Assembly (NCBI GenBank): GCA_964016885.1
Contig: OZ024754.1
Location: 186,001 to 250,000 of the forward strand
DNA length: 64,000 nt
Origin: Eledone cirrhosa
Lineage: Eukaryota
Direction: 5' to 3'
Shown: piece after piece, positions 13,643 through 26,159 of the stretch
Position numbering within the stretch: position 1 is the first letter of the stretch
Layout of the letters: each line of letters opens with the position of its first letter
Notes under the pieces: model-generated
Seen by the model: only the letters and a program-made list of their open reading frames with translations
The model's database searches: none
What the model was told of the DNA's origin: nothing
Position numbers and translations under genes: made by a program

Positions 13643-13730
13643 CAGTCTGAAGATCAGATCGATACTAGAGTCGGGTCCATAAGTTCTATGGGTGATATTG
13701 TGCCAATACTCTGCGAAACGCGCGTAACCG
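13643..13730 (+). ncRNA. Type I hammerhead-like motif with extended stem II
   Basis: CAGT-CTGAAGA-TCAGA...TCTGC-GAAA-CGCGCG-TA-ACCG; palindromic stem III ACGCGCGT. Confidence 0.55.
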
Positions 13731-13805
13731 ATCGATGCACAAGATAAACCTAAATACATATAAACGAAACTACATCGTTCTTCTTAACACACACGCACAC
13801 ACACA

Positions 13806-13895
<90 letters not shown>

Positions 13896-14639
13896 TATAA
13901 CAATGCTACAAGCATATTCCTCTTACAGAAGGGTCATGGAAATAGTTATATTCTGATGAGTAGATAATAATCTCTGAAATATATAAAACTAATTTCTTAT
14001 GTGTCTGAATCCTGAAGGGATTGTAAAAATGACTGGCATGGCTTCTATTTTAAAAACTAGTTATGTCGACATGAAATTTATATTAAATCTTCTACTAATA
14101 CACGGTATGTTATCGCATAAATATTTATTAATAATGTATATATATATATAATATATATATATGTATATATATCTGTGTGTGTGTCTGCATTGCTATGAGT
14201 ATGCGTGTGTTTGTGTGGGTGTTTGAGTGTTTAACATAAATATGCAATTATAAAGAGACAAAATTTAATGATATATTTGATTCGATTTGGTTCCAGTTTG
14301 TCATTAACATAAATTTTATATTTCCTTTTATATTTGGAGTTATCCTTCTTCTGTACTACACATATAACACATATAGCTAGCTAGCTAGCTAGATAGATAG
14401 ATACATAGATAGATATAGATATAGATACAACACACAACCATAGTAAGAAAATAGTTCTGTTCACCTATGGTGAGACCTTGTATCACCTGTTTGAAATTAA
14501 CAGACCAAATGTCATCACATCTTTCACTATTCCTTCCTACAAAGCAAAGGAATCTCTCTAATGTTGTTCTAGATATATTATTTGTTTGTTAAAATAATTA
14601 AATTAAATTAATTCAACAGTTAAACACACATAAAGGTTA

Positions 14640-15212
14640 TTACCAAAGAGCCAGATGACTGACAAGTGAACCCTAAATATGACCAATAGCTCTAGGAAAA
14701 CCATGAACCACAACACATCTTTTTAACTTTGATTTTGAAAGTAGGTTTATAATTGAGGATTGGCAGTATCGGTAGAGGGTCGGACGCCATGTTTTGACGC
14801 ATAGAGTTACGGCTCTTGCCACTCTGAGTTCAATCCTGGTCGGGAGTAGGGTTCCTGGTAAAACTTTTCAGTTTTTTTTCTATTGGTTGTAAAATAAAAA
14901 CTGAAAAAGGTTTCTGTACCAGGATTGAACCCAATACCAGGATCTCCCACGTCTCTAGTATCTACCGCTAGGCCACAGAGACAACTACGAAAATATTATG
15001 AAAATTCATACATATAAACCTACTTTCAAAATTTTCAAAACAATGTGTTGTGGTGTCGTTCATGTCTTTCTTAATGTTATTGCTCCTACTTAAAGTGGAC
15101 TTCTCAATCATTTGGGTGTTCCATAAACTACATCCTCGTTTTCTTTCTCATCTATCTAGACTATATTTTAACCTGTAATCCATGCTCCATTTCTGTCGCA
15201 CATCATTTCTCC

Positions 15213-15261
<49 letters not shown>

Positions 15262-15345
15262 GTGATACTTAAATCTACTAGGCTTACCTTACTCATATAT
15301 ATATGTTTTTGCATGTCAGATGCAAACTTACAATGATTGGCATTA
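14640..15345 (-). mobile_element. Foldback repeat family F with tRNA-like head(s), copy 1
   Basis: Reverse-complement homologue of 61301-61975; internal inverted arms (ttttgaaagtaggtttata / tataaacctactttcaaaa); 73-nt tRNA-like unit at 14910-14982 on the minus strand. Confidence 0.75.
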
Positions 15346-15347
15346 CA

Positions 15348-15391
<44 letters not shown>

Positions 15392-16846
15392 CAGACACTC
15401 ATACACGCACATGCAGACACACACATATACATACATGCGTGCACAAGTACGCACATGTATGTGTGTGTGTGTGTGTATTGCAGATTCTATAGCTCAAGTT
15501 CAACTATATATTTCGTTCTCCATATCATAAGTACCTGAAATCATACTGAGGTGAATATAATTGGTTAATATCTTTGAGGATTCTACAACAGAATTGCTTC
15601 TGTCTACTAGCTAAATCTTGTAAAAGAAAATGATAATAACAATCAAATGAAAGACAAGAAAATAGATAATAATAGACAAATCTTAGTATATTTCAACATA
15701 TGACGAGGAAAACTTAATCTAAAATCATAACTGAATATAAATTAGATTAATATGAAAAATTAAACCCAACGTAAAGAACATAGTATTGGATATAAACATA
15801 CTAGATATTCCGGAAATGAAATAGTTCCAAAATGATGAAAAAAGAAATCAATTTAGTTTAAGTATATTGAGGAAAAATTAAAGAATCTTCGAAGTTTATT
15901 TAGAATATATCAGCGAAAATACATGACTCTGCAAAAGCAAACTGAAAACAACCAAAGTAAAATTCGGGCAGCATTTTATATTGATTCAGAGAACAATCTT
16001 CCGAAATTGCTATGAAACTTGACAAAAATAAAATACCATTTTCTAATTATATATAAGATATATAAGCGATATGATATGAAATAGAATCTAGGAGTACATA
16101 GTTTGATGGGAGTGAGGATAAGAGTATTTCTGAAGTAGTAAAGAAAAGAATGTTGGTAAATGGTTGTTCTGAGTGTACGGTACTAACGTATAATAAAATA
16201 GGATCGCTCAAGTCCATTATGCCGGGATATTGGCGAAGAAAGAATAACATATATTGTAGAGAGAAGCGAAAATGGCCATTCAGATCTGGTACTAAAGTGA
16301 AGTAAAGAGATTTCAAGTGTTTATATGAAAATACAACTAAATAAGTAGCAGGTTTTAAATTCACAGTTTACAGTGAATAGGAAGAGAGGATCGAGTAGAT
16401 TGTCTTAAATCTATTGACCAGTTCGCGACACATTCGTACACTTGATCAAGTAGGTCACAATATTCAGTGAGCAATATGCAAATGAGGATCGATTAAAACT
16501 AGTGAAACATTTAACAGTGTCAAGTGACAACTGTGTGGTATATATTACCCGACAGGCAAAAAAACAACGCCGAAATCTCTAGAATTTAAATCAAAACTAA
16601 AGATGGAGAATCTATCAAAATTGAAATAATAAAAATAATAAAAATCAGCTAGAGATAAAATGAATGATATATGTGTAAGTTTAAAAGTTATTATGTATTA
16701 TATTATTGGTGATGTTGGAGACATTCAGACAACTAGATTTCACCTGTCATGCAAATATTCATTCTACCAAAAACTGCGTTTTTCTTTTTTTTTGTCATTT
16801 CAACAAATTGGAGATTTTCAATCATCATCACCTTAATAATAATAAT

Positions 16847-17127
16847 AATTGTTTCTACTTTAGGCACAAGGCCAGCAATTACCCAGTACATTACTGGTAC
16901 TTTATTTTATCGACCCCGTAAGGATGAAAGGCAAAGTCAAACTCGGCAGGATTTGAACTCAGATCGTAAAGGGACGTAACTATGCTGGAAAACATGGCGT
17001 CCGACTCTCTACCAATACTGCCAATATTGTTTCTACTTTTAACACAAGGCCAGCAATTATCCCAGTGTATTACTGGTACTTTATTTTATCGACTCCGTAT
17101 GAATGAAAAGCAAAGTTAACCTGGCGG
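16847..17127 (-). mobile_element. SINE family A head-to-tail dimer
   Basis: Near full-length copy 16847-17026 followed directly by a truncated copy. Confidence 0.85.
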
Positions 17128-17139
17128 ATAATAATAATA

Positions 17140-17875
17140 ATAATGGTGGTGGGTGGTGATGGTAGTGTTGGTGGTGGTAGGTGGTGGTGGTGGTGTGTGG
17201 TGGTGATGGTGGTGGTGGTGGTGATGGTAGTGGTGGTGATGGTAGTGTTGGTGGTGGTAGGTGGTGGTGGTGGGTGGTGGTGATGGTAGTGTTAGTGGTG
17301 GTGATGGTAGTGTTGGTGGTAGATGGTGGTGGTGGTGGTGGGTGGAGGTGGTGGTGATGGTGGTGGTGGTGATGGTAGTGGTGGTGATGGTAGTGTTGGT
17401 GGTGGTGATGGTAGTGTTAGTGGTGGTGATGGTGGTGGTGGTGGTGGTGGTGGTGGTGGTGGGTGGTGGTGGTGGGTGGTGGTGATGGTAGTGTTAGTGA
17501 TGGTGATGGTAGTGTGGGTGGAGGTGGTGGTGATGGTGGTGGTGGTGATGGTAGTGGTGGTGATGGTAGTGTTGGTGGTGGTGATGGTAGTGTTAGTGGT
17601 AGTGATGGTGGTGGTGGTGGTGGTGGTGGTGGGTGGTGGTGGTGGGTGGTGGTGATGGTAGTGTTAGTGATGGTGATGGTAGTGTGGGTGGAGGTGGTGG
17701 TGGTGGTGGTGATGGTAGTGGTGGTGATGGTAGTGTTGGTGGTGGTGATGGTAGTGTTAGTGGTGGTGATGGTAGTGTTGGTGGTGGTGGGTGGTGGGTG
17801 GTGGTGGTGGTGGGTGGAGGTGGTGGTGATGGTAGTTGTGGAGGTGGTGGTAGTGGAGGTGGTGGTGTTGGTGGT
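17140..17875. repeat. (GGT)n-based compound repeat with larger internal duplications
   Basis: Read directly. Confidence 0.9.
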
Positions 17876-18185
17876 CATGGCGATTATGGCGAAAGAGATT
17901 ATATAATGGAAGTCATTAAAAGGAGTGAATATAGGTGCGTTGTTCGTTGTCAATCCTTCGTCTACTGCTTTATGTCTTACCGAGAGAGGGAAGAATAACG
18001 AAGAGGGAGAGCTGCTGCACTTCAGAGAATTTATTGACAATAGCAGCAAGACTGGCCTGGCTACGTGAATGGGGTCTTATTCTTTGCATTTACTTATCCT
18101 GGTTCCTTTTATTGTTGTCTTAATTTCTGGAATAACAACAGAAGCAGCAGCAATAATTACAATGGCAATAATATTATTGAACTGA

Positions 18186-18300
18186 TGTTCAAATCCCGCC
18201 GAGGTTAACTTTGCCTTTCATCCTTACGGGGTCGATAAAATAAAGTACCAGGAATGTACTGGTATGTGCTGGCCTTGTGCCTAAAAAATAGAAAGAATTA
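18186..18300 (+). mobile_element. SINE family A, 5'-truncated
   Basis: gttcaaatcccgccgaggttaactttgcctttcatcc...ggccttgtgcc. Confidence 0.85.
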
Positions 18301-18504
18301 TTAAGCTGATGATTAATATCGAAATAGTTCCAGGAATGCAGTGTCCTGTGACAGGTAGATAATAAAAACTAAACAAAACAATTTGACGTCTTCTGTATAG
18401 TCAACCAACCTACCTATATATCTACCTACCTACCTATATATCTACCTACCTACCTACCTACCTATATATCTACCTACCTACCTATCTACCTACCTACCTC
18501 GTTC

Positions 18505-18575
18505 TTTTGTGTAAACTCCCCCCTTTGTATTTGTCCCCTTCTTTTGCGCCCTCGTGGCAATAAATAGAAACATAT
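18505..18575 (+). mobile_element. Extreme 3' end of the same Tx1-type LINE family
   Basis: Near-identical to 11820-11890 (tgtaaactccccctttgtatttgtccccttcttttg...aataaa.agaaacatatctatct). Confidence 0.85.
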
Positions 18576-19327
18576 CTATCTATCTATCTATCCATCCCTG
18601 TACACACACACACACACACACACATACATACATACATACATACATACATACATACATACATACATACATACATACATACATACATACATACATACATACA
18701 TACATACATACATACATACATACATACATACATACATACGTGTGTGTGTGTGTGTGTATACCCATCTATGAAGCTAGTTAGCTATCCATGAATAATTTTG
18801 TTTACGTATGGAATTTAATTAGTCAGAGATAAGCAAGTCATCTACTTCTACACAAATATAAACACACACACACTCATACATTGTCCCGTATATATACGCC
18901 TATGTATCCGTAAATTCACACCTATAGTTATACATACCTGGATACATACATTACATCCTAGCAGGCAGACAGCCAGCCTGACCGCCAGACAGACAGACAG
19001 GCTTGTATTCATAGAGAGAGAGAGAGAAACACGGTCATTGGTAGACGCCGGTATAATAATAATGACATTCAGCCACTCACCTATTTCTCAGGTGACCGAG
19101 CTGTCTCCCACGTTTGTTTCCTGGTCACATTACACAACAACACATACTACTACGTCTATGTTTATTTTTGACACACACTTGTATTGCTGTTGTCAATATC
19201 GCTTGAGCCGTCCATAAAATTGTCTTTCCTATTTTAGACTCTTATAGATGTTCCTTCTGAGTTCAAAACCAGACTCGGTAAACATTCACTTTCATCCTTT
19301 GGTGTGAGTGTTGGCTTAAATATTATA

Positions 19328-19538
19328 ATTATTTTTACTTTTGGCACAAAGCCAGCAATTTTGAAAGGAAGGGGGAAAATCGACCCTAGTGTGTTACTGG
19401 TACTTCATGTTATCGACCCTGTAACGATGAAAAGCAAAGTTAACTTTGGGATTTGAACACAGACGTAAAGGGTCGTAACTAAATACCGCAAAGTTATTTT
19501 GTCTGACACTCTACCGATTCTGTCAATCCATCGCCCTT
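19328..19538 (-). mobile_element. SINE family A (older, longer subfamily)
   Basis: Homology to family A with an extra gggggaaaatcgaccc segment. Confidence 0.8.
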
Positions 19539-20493
19539 AGGGGCTCAATGAAATAATCATATAAATTAAGGGTCAAATACTTTAATTCAGTGTAGGTATT
19601 GTCTATAGGGCACTTTATTATTATCAGTGTTCCTAATTTTATGCCGTTAAGGCGTTCCTATCTTCAAAATCAGACTGTTGATACTACTAGCATATTGGTC
19701 ACGTGTTCAGCATAGGTCGTTAAGTATGGTGACTGAAAAGTCATAAGAAATAACGGACAAGTGATTTAAATATTCTCAATTCCACCCAAAACAAGCTGAT
19801 CAACTATGGAGCTTTTCTTTACAATGATGAGAAAATAAACTGAGACACAACATACGTGAGATCACTTGTAATAAATGTAATGCTTTAACTGATAAGACAT
19901 TTTAGATCAGGTGTCCATGATTTCCTATAATTCTCATTAGGATTTCCTCTACTATTTAGGAGATGACTACGCTTCTAATATTACTATTCTCATTCTGAAG
20001 ATGGGACTGTGAAGGCCTCGAAACGTTAACACACACACGCGCGATTAGGAGAGTTATTTTCCTAAACTAAGAAAAAGGATCTAATAATAAAATACGAAAA
20101 ATCTTTTTATAAAAATGATCAAAATTTTCAATAACACACACACACACACACATGTGTGTGTATGTGTGCGTGTGAGTGTGTGTGTGGTGCATGCATTTAT
20201 CTATGTCTGTGTAAACACACGTTCAGCCCATCGTACAGGCGTGTGCATATGTGTATATACCCTTTGGTCTTCTTTTTTGTTGATACCACCCCTCACTCAA
20301 CCTCACATACACACAGAAGCACACACATACAAAAATAACACTGAACATATACACACATTCCTATATACACATTCATATACACATGTTGCTGGCATGCCAC
20401 CGCATACAAGCCAACACATCCACATTTAGATATGTCACGCCCAGGAAGCATCACCTGCAAATATATATATGTTTATATTTCCCTCTCTCCCTT

Positions 20494-20568
<75 letters not shown>

Positions 20569-20573
<5 letters not shown>

Positions 20574-20960
20574 ATATAAGATCAAAAGATGGTTAAAAGA
20601 GTTCCAAGTATTTTATTATGCGCATTTCAAAAACAAATATCATCATGAGATGATATCTGCGTTTTCATCAGATAAAATAGGGATACATGATATGAAGGTT
20701 AAAAAACTATTCACAAGTGTTTTTACTATTCACAAGTGTTTTTTAACCTTCATATCATGTATCCCTATTTTATCTGATGAAAACCTAGATATCATCTCAT
20801 GATGATATTTGTTTTTGAAATGCGCATAATAAAATACTTGGAACTCTTTTAACCATCTTTTGATCTTATATTATATATACTCCAGTCCTACAAACTGTAG
20901 AGTGCTACTTATCCGATATTTGCATTGCTTTATTGTGCTACAATAAAACTCACCTCCTAC
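20569..20960 (+). mobile_element. PLE-type fold-back insertion, family P3, with two inverted hammerheads
   Basis: About 135-bp inverted arms (20570-20706, 20740-20878) and a ~80-bp tail. Hammerhead TTTTAT-CTGATGA-stem II-GAAA-TGCGCA-TA-ATAAAA at 20768-20834 (+), mirrored at 20611-20677 (-). Confidence 0.8.
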
Positions 20961-21248
20961 ATATATATATATATATACTAATAGCCAGACGGTTAAATAA
21001 ACAACCAACAGGAAACTAGAACTTTCTTCATACTGACGCCATTTCAAGTAAGAAGAGTAAAATGATAATAATAATAATACAATTCAGTGGCCAATAAGGG
21101 GAAGTAATGATTACCGGAAGTATTTCATCAATGGAATGTATTTTGTGGTAATGAATTAAAACTGCATCCATTTTGAGAAATATTTTGCTCTGAGACTGTC
21201 TTATACACAAATTGTGAGCGAGATGAGAATACTCCAGTTGTTATATTT

Positions 21249-21283
<35 letters not shown>

Positions 21284-21514
21284 ATTAATACTTATATTTT
21301 AATATTAATAACTCCTGAAAATTATTTTTCCAGTTGAGTGCTTCCAATCTACTGTAAAACTCATTCTTTGATATAATCATTCAATATTGTTTAACACTTT
21401 AATATATATATATATATATATACACATACACACACATATATATATATGTATGTGTGTATATATACATATGTATACGTACACACACAGTGTGTGTATATAT
21501 ATATATACACACAT

Positions 21515-21545
<31 letters not shown>

Positions 21546-21585
21546 AACATATATATAGACACACACACACATATATATATATATT

Positions 21586-21622
<37 letters not shown>

Positions 21623-21635
21623 CTATATATATGTT

Positions 21636-21666
<31 letters not shown>

Positions 21667-22045
21667 ATGTGTGTATATATATATATACACACACTGTGTG
21701 TGTACGTATACATATGTATATATAGACACACACACACATATATACATATATATAGCTGATGGCTTAGATTACCGAACAACTCACATCTGATTTCCACTCG
21801 CTCTCAACAAACACACCAATTAAATAGAAGAAAAATATGCGAAAGATTTATATTTATTCCTGTTTATGTGAGAATGTGGGTGTTGTGTATGTTTAGCGTG
21901 TGTAGTGTATGTGTGTGTATGTATCTATGTGTGTGTGTGTGCTCCAAAATATATCCTAATCTACTTGTAGTTTTAATTTCCTGCCTATATATATTTATAC
22001 ATATGTGTATGTGTGTGTATATATACATATATATATACATATATG

Positions 22046-22117
<72 letters not shown>

Positions 22118-22238
22118 TACATGTGTGTGTGTGTGTATGTATATATATATATATGTGTGTGTATATATATATTAACACATGTATATATGTATCTATTTAT
22201 ATCTATATATATATTTATACACATATGTATATATATAT

Positions 22239-23393
22239 ATTGTTATACTTTTGGGAGGGTCATGTTGCCAATAAGAAACAGACGTACCAGTGCTTTCACT
22301 CCAATTTATTATAAATTAAATTTATAAATTTAAGAATTTATAAATTTCCGGCTGGTTGGTTGGTTGGTTCCACAATCGAACGGTTGTTCATATATTTTCA
22401 AAGTTCTTTCGTCACACATTCTGTGACCTCTTCAGTGACTGGGGATTCTTTTCTTTGTTTTTGTGCCTCTCCTTTGTTCTGTCCTACGCCATCTTGTTTT
22501 TGTGAGTGTTGTGTGCTTAGTTTGCGCATGTGTTACATCCGGGTGTCTGTGTATGTTTATATTTGTTTATTTATTTGTTTATTTACATGTTACTGGTTGG
22601 TTGTTTGTTCTATGTGTGTGTGTGTTTTCATTTTGTCCTTAATTGTAAGTTGTGATGTTGCTATTCCATTCATGTTTTCTATTTAATTTTGGTTGGAGTT
22701 CATTTATGTTTATTGCCTCTGTGATTTGTCTAAACATCGCGTCTTTTCTGTGTGTAGATTCTATTTTTATTTCTATGTCCTCTAATTTACCCTTATGTTC
22801 TATTTTAGCATGTTGGCGGAGTACAGATGATTCTTTTCTATCTTGAAGCTCTCGCCAGTGTTCATTTATCCGTTCTCCTACACTACGAGCTCTCACCTAT
22901 GTACACTATATTCTTATCTCTACATTGTCCTTCAGTACATATGCTATATACTACATTTCTAGTTTTACAGTTAATATGGGGGCTTAGTTTACAGATTATA
23001 CATTTCTTATCTATGCAGGGAGGTCTTTGAAAAGGGTAAGTATTGCTAATAAATGTTTTTATGGAGGTACCTGATCTTTCTACTATCTTAATATTGAGTT
23101 TATGTTTATCTAGGGACCTTCTAAATTTGTAAGCTAATTCACCTCTGAAGAGGTCACAGAATGTGTGACGAAAGAACTTTGACAATATATGAACAACCGT
23201 CTGGTTGTGGAACCAACCAACCGGAAATTTATAAATTCTTAAATTTATAAATTTAATTTATAATAAATTGTAGTGAAAGTAACTGGTGCGTGTGTTTCTT
23301 ATTGGCAACATGACCCTCGCAAAGCATAACAATATCGGTTTTAACACACGTTTTTAGATAAAGAATCTTGCTAAACAAATTCAGAAACGAAAT
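22239..23393 (-). mobile_element. Penelope-like element, 5'-truncated with inverted pLTR, family P2a
   Basis: ORF end plus 3' pLTR (22239-22640, hammerhead at 22398-22438) and an inverted pLTR at 23145-23393, inserted in (TA)n. Confidence 0.9.
22639..23144 (-). pseudogene. PLE ORF C-terminus: Cys-rich linker and GIY-YIG endonuclease (Neptune-like), frameshifted near 22885
   Basis: CIDKKCIIC...NCKTRNVVYSIC..GQC...VYIGESS / RSVGERINEH...LRQH...RQITEAININELQPKLNRKHEW. Confidence 0.9.
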
Positions 23394-23945
23394 ATATATA
23401 TATATATATACATGAACAGTATATATATATACACACATGTACAGTATATATATATATATATATATATACACATGTACAATATATATATATTTATACATGT
23501 ACAATATATATTTTTATTTATACACATGTACAATATATATTTTTATTTATACACATGTACAATATATATATACACATGTACAATATATATATATTTATAC
23601 ACATGTACAATATATATATATGTATACACATGTACAATATATATATATATACACAAGTACAATATATATATATTTATACACATGTACAATATAATAGTTT
23701 CAGAAGATCCCGTTAAGGGTGAAAACAGCGATTCTTTGCTTAAACTTTAATCTGTTATTTTAATAAATATTTTCTGTACGGTTCATATATATTTGATATA
23801 TATTTATCCTTATCGAGCCCTCTTTGGATTTTAGTCTTCAAATTTATTATTCTTACTATATATATATACACATGTACAATATATATATATATATTTATAC
23901 ATATACATGTACTATATATATATATATATTTATACACATGTACAG

Positions 23946-23977
<32 letters not shown>

Positions 23978-24010
23978 TGTTCAATATATATATATTTATA
24001 CACATATACA

Positions 24011-24057
<47 letters not shown>

Positions 24058-24929
24058 TGTTCAATATATTTATATATTTATACACGTGTACAGTTATATG
24101 CATGTTTTATACAACCACTCACACTGATGCACCTGCACATATACACATATACACATATACATACATACTCCCACACACACACACACGTCTACATGTATAT
24201 GTGTGCGTTTCTATATAATTAATATAACGGTATAAATAAAAATATAATATACATAATTTTGTGTGTGTGTATGTATGTATATCTATTTATCTCTCTATAT
24301 ATCTATATATATATATATACAGTGTGTATATCTAATTAGGCAGTGGCCACCACACCATGTATACTATGATATCCATTATGTAATAGAAGTGACCTATATT
24401 CTGTATTGTAGACATTTTTCTGGTAACATATTGAGGTCACTCGTCACACTCTTCTGAACGGTGGTGGGGGTGGGGTGGTGGGGGTGGGCGTCGGGTGGGG
24501 TGGTGGGGTGGGTGGTAGCGGTGGTGGGGTGGTGTTGGGGTGGGGTGGTAGTCGTGGTGGGTGGGGTGGTAGCGGTGTTGGTGGTGGGGTGGTGTTGGGG
24601 TGGGGTGGTAGCGGTGGGCGGGGTGGTAGTGGTGGTGGTGGTGGGGTGGGGTGTTGGTAATGACACTGATCGAACTGCAACAGTTGCAATTCCACTACAG
24701 ACATCAATTGTTGCATCTCTGCAGACAGTTCCTAGCTAATGGCACTACTGATGTAGCTGCTGTTAATAAACGTGGCGTGGCATGGCGTGGCGTGGTGTGT
24801 GGTGTGGTGTGGTGGTGTAGTGTGGTGTGGTGGTGGTGTTGTGTAATGTGGCGTGGTGTGTGGTGTGGTGTGGTGTGGTGTTGGGGTAGTGTGGTGTGGT
24901 GTGTGTATATGTGGTGGCTTTATATTTTG

Positions 24930-25570
24930 CATTTGTTGTTCAGGGATGGCGTGGCAGCCTCTTAAATATTCACAAATACCACTTTTAGACTCAAATTTCC
25001 ACTTTTTCATTAATCAACCGACTTTGTTTAAATTTTAAACTACGCTAGATCTCATTATTTCACGTCTTAATGTGGCTTTACATTTGGGATCTTTTGTTCA
25101 GGAACGGCGTGGTAGCCGCTTAAATATTCGAAAATACCACCTTTTCGCTCAAATTTCGGCTATTTCGGTTCTAGCTACCACATTTTTCAACCGATTTCGT
25201 TCAAATTCGAAACTTCAGCTCCACCTCACACAAAAATCAATTTATTTGGTTCAACTTTTATACTACGATAGAACCTATCATTGCACATCTTATAGATGGT
25301 CAAAGGCAAAACGATGGCCACTGACGTCGTCTGAGCTTTTAGTTGTGTATTTGGGAATTCATTGGTTTCCAATCAAGTAGCGTGAGGAAATTTGGCTTAG
25401 TGTTAGAGGTCATTACCTCCCTCCCCCAGCATGCCCTTCATCAGTCATCCGCGTTTCTCAGTGATAGAGGTCAACACCACCTTCGCCCGCATGGCCTGTG
25501 TGTGGCCATAGATGAGTCATCAAAGCAGTTATTATTTTATCTACCCAGGCAACGCTGGGTACTGCTGCTA

Positions 25571-25571
<1 letters not shown>
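24930..25571 (+). mobile_element. Non-autonomous Helitron-like element (3' end firm, 5' extent uncertain)
   Basis: Terminal hairpin TACCCAG-gcaacg-CTGGGTA (25542-25561), then CTAG|T at 25568-25572. Upstream are two diverged ~160-bp direct repeats starting ttgttcagg..ggcgtgg.agcc.cttaaatattc. Confidence 0.65.
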
Positions 25572-25610
<39 letters not shown>

Positions 25611-25639
25611 GTATATATATATATACATATATACATATA

Positions 25640-25682
<43 letters not shown>

Positions 25683-25728
25683 GTATATATATATATACAT
25701 ATATACATATATGTGTGTATATATATAT

Positions 25729-25798
<70 letters not shown>

Positions 25799-25836
25799 GC
25801 GGGTTTGGCCTAAGAATAATTAAATCGTAAGAAACA

Positions 25837-26040
25837 GGGCGTGTGGCTGAGTGGTTAGAGAATTGGATTCGCAATCGTGAGGTTCTGAGTTCGATTCCCA
25901 GACCGGGCGATGCGTTATGTCCCTAAGCAAGACACTTTATTTCACATTGCTCTTTCTACCTGGAGTTGCGACCGATAGATAGTATTAGCAATTGGAAAGA
26001 CCAACGGAAACATTGTTTCCTCGGTCCGATTTGACGAAAG
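25837..26040 (+). mobile_element. tRNA-derived SINE family B, full length
   Basis: Box A TGGCTGAGTGG, box B GAGTTCGATTCC, CORE-like 'tgtccctaagcaagacacttt'. Confidence 0.85.
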
Positions 26041-26047
26041 TCGATCG

Positions 26048-26078
<31 letters not shown>

Positions 26079-26114
26079 TATATTTTTTATATAAATTTTT
26101 TAAATATATATATT

Positions 26115-26146
<32 letters not shown>

Positions 26147-26159
26147 TGTATGTATGTAT

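Noticed and set aside
14910-14982. Functional tRNA gene
   Set aside because: D, anticodon and T stems pair poorly; it is part of a repeat.
15560-16680. Decayed L1-like ORF (A-rich strand, PGYW); likewise T-rich 48050-48860
   Set aside because: Too degraded to support by eye; needs an HMM search.
19075-19235. Minus-strand exon ending at AG|GTGAGT (19081)
   Set aside because: All frames contain stops; a donor-like site alone is insufficient.
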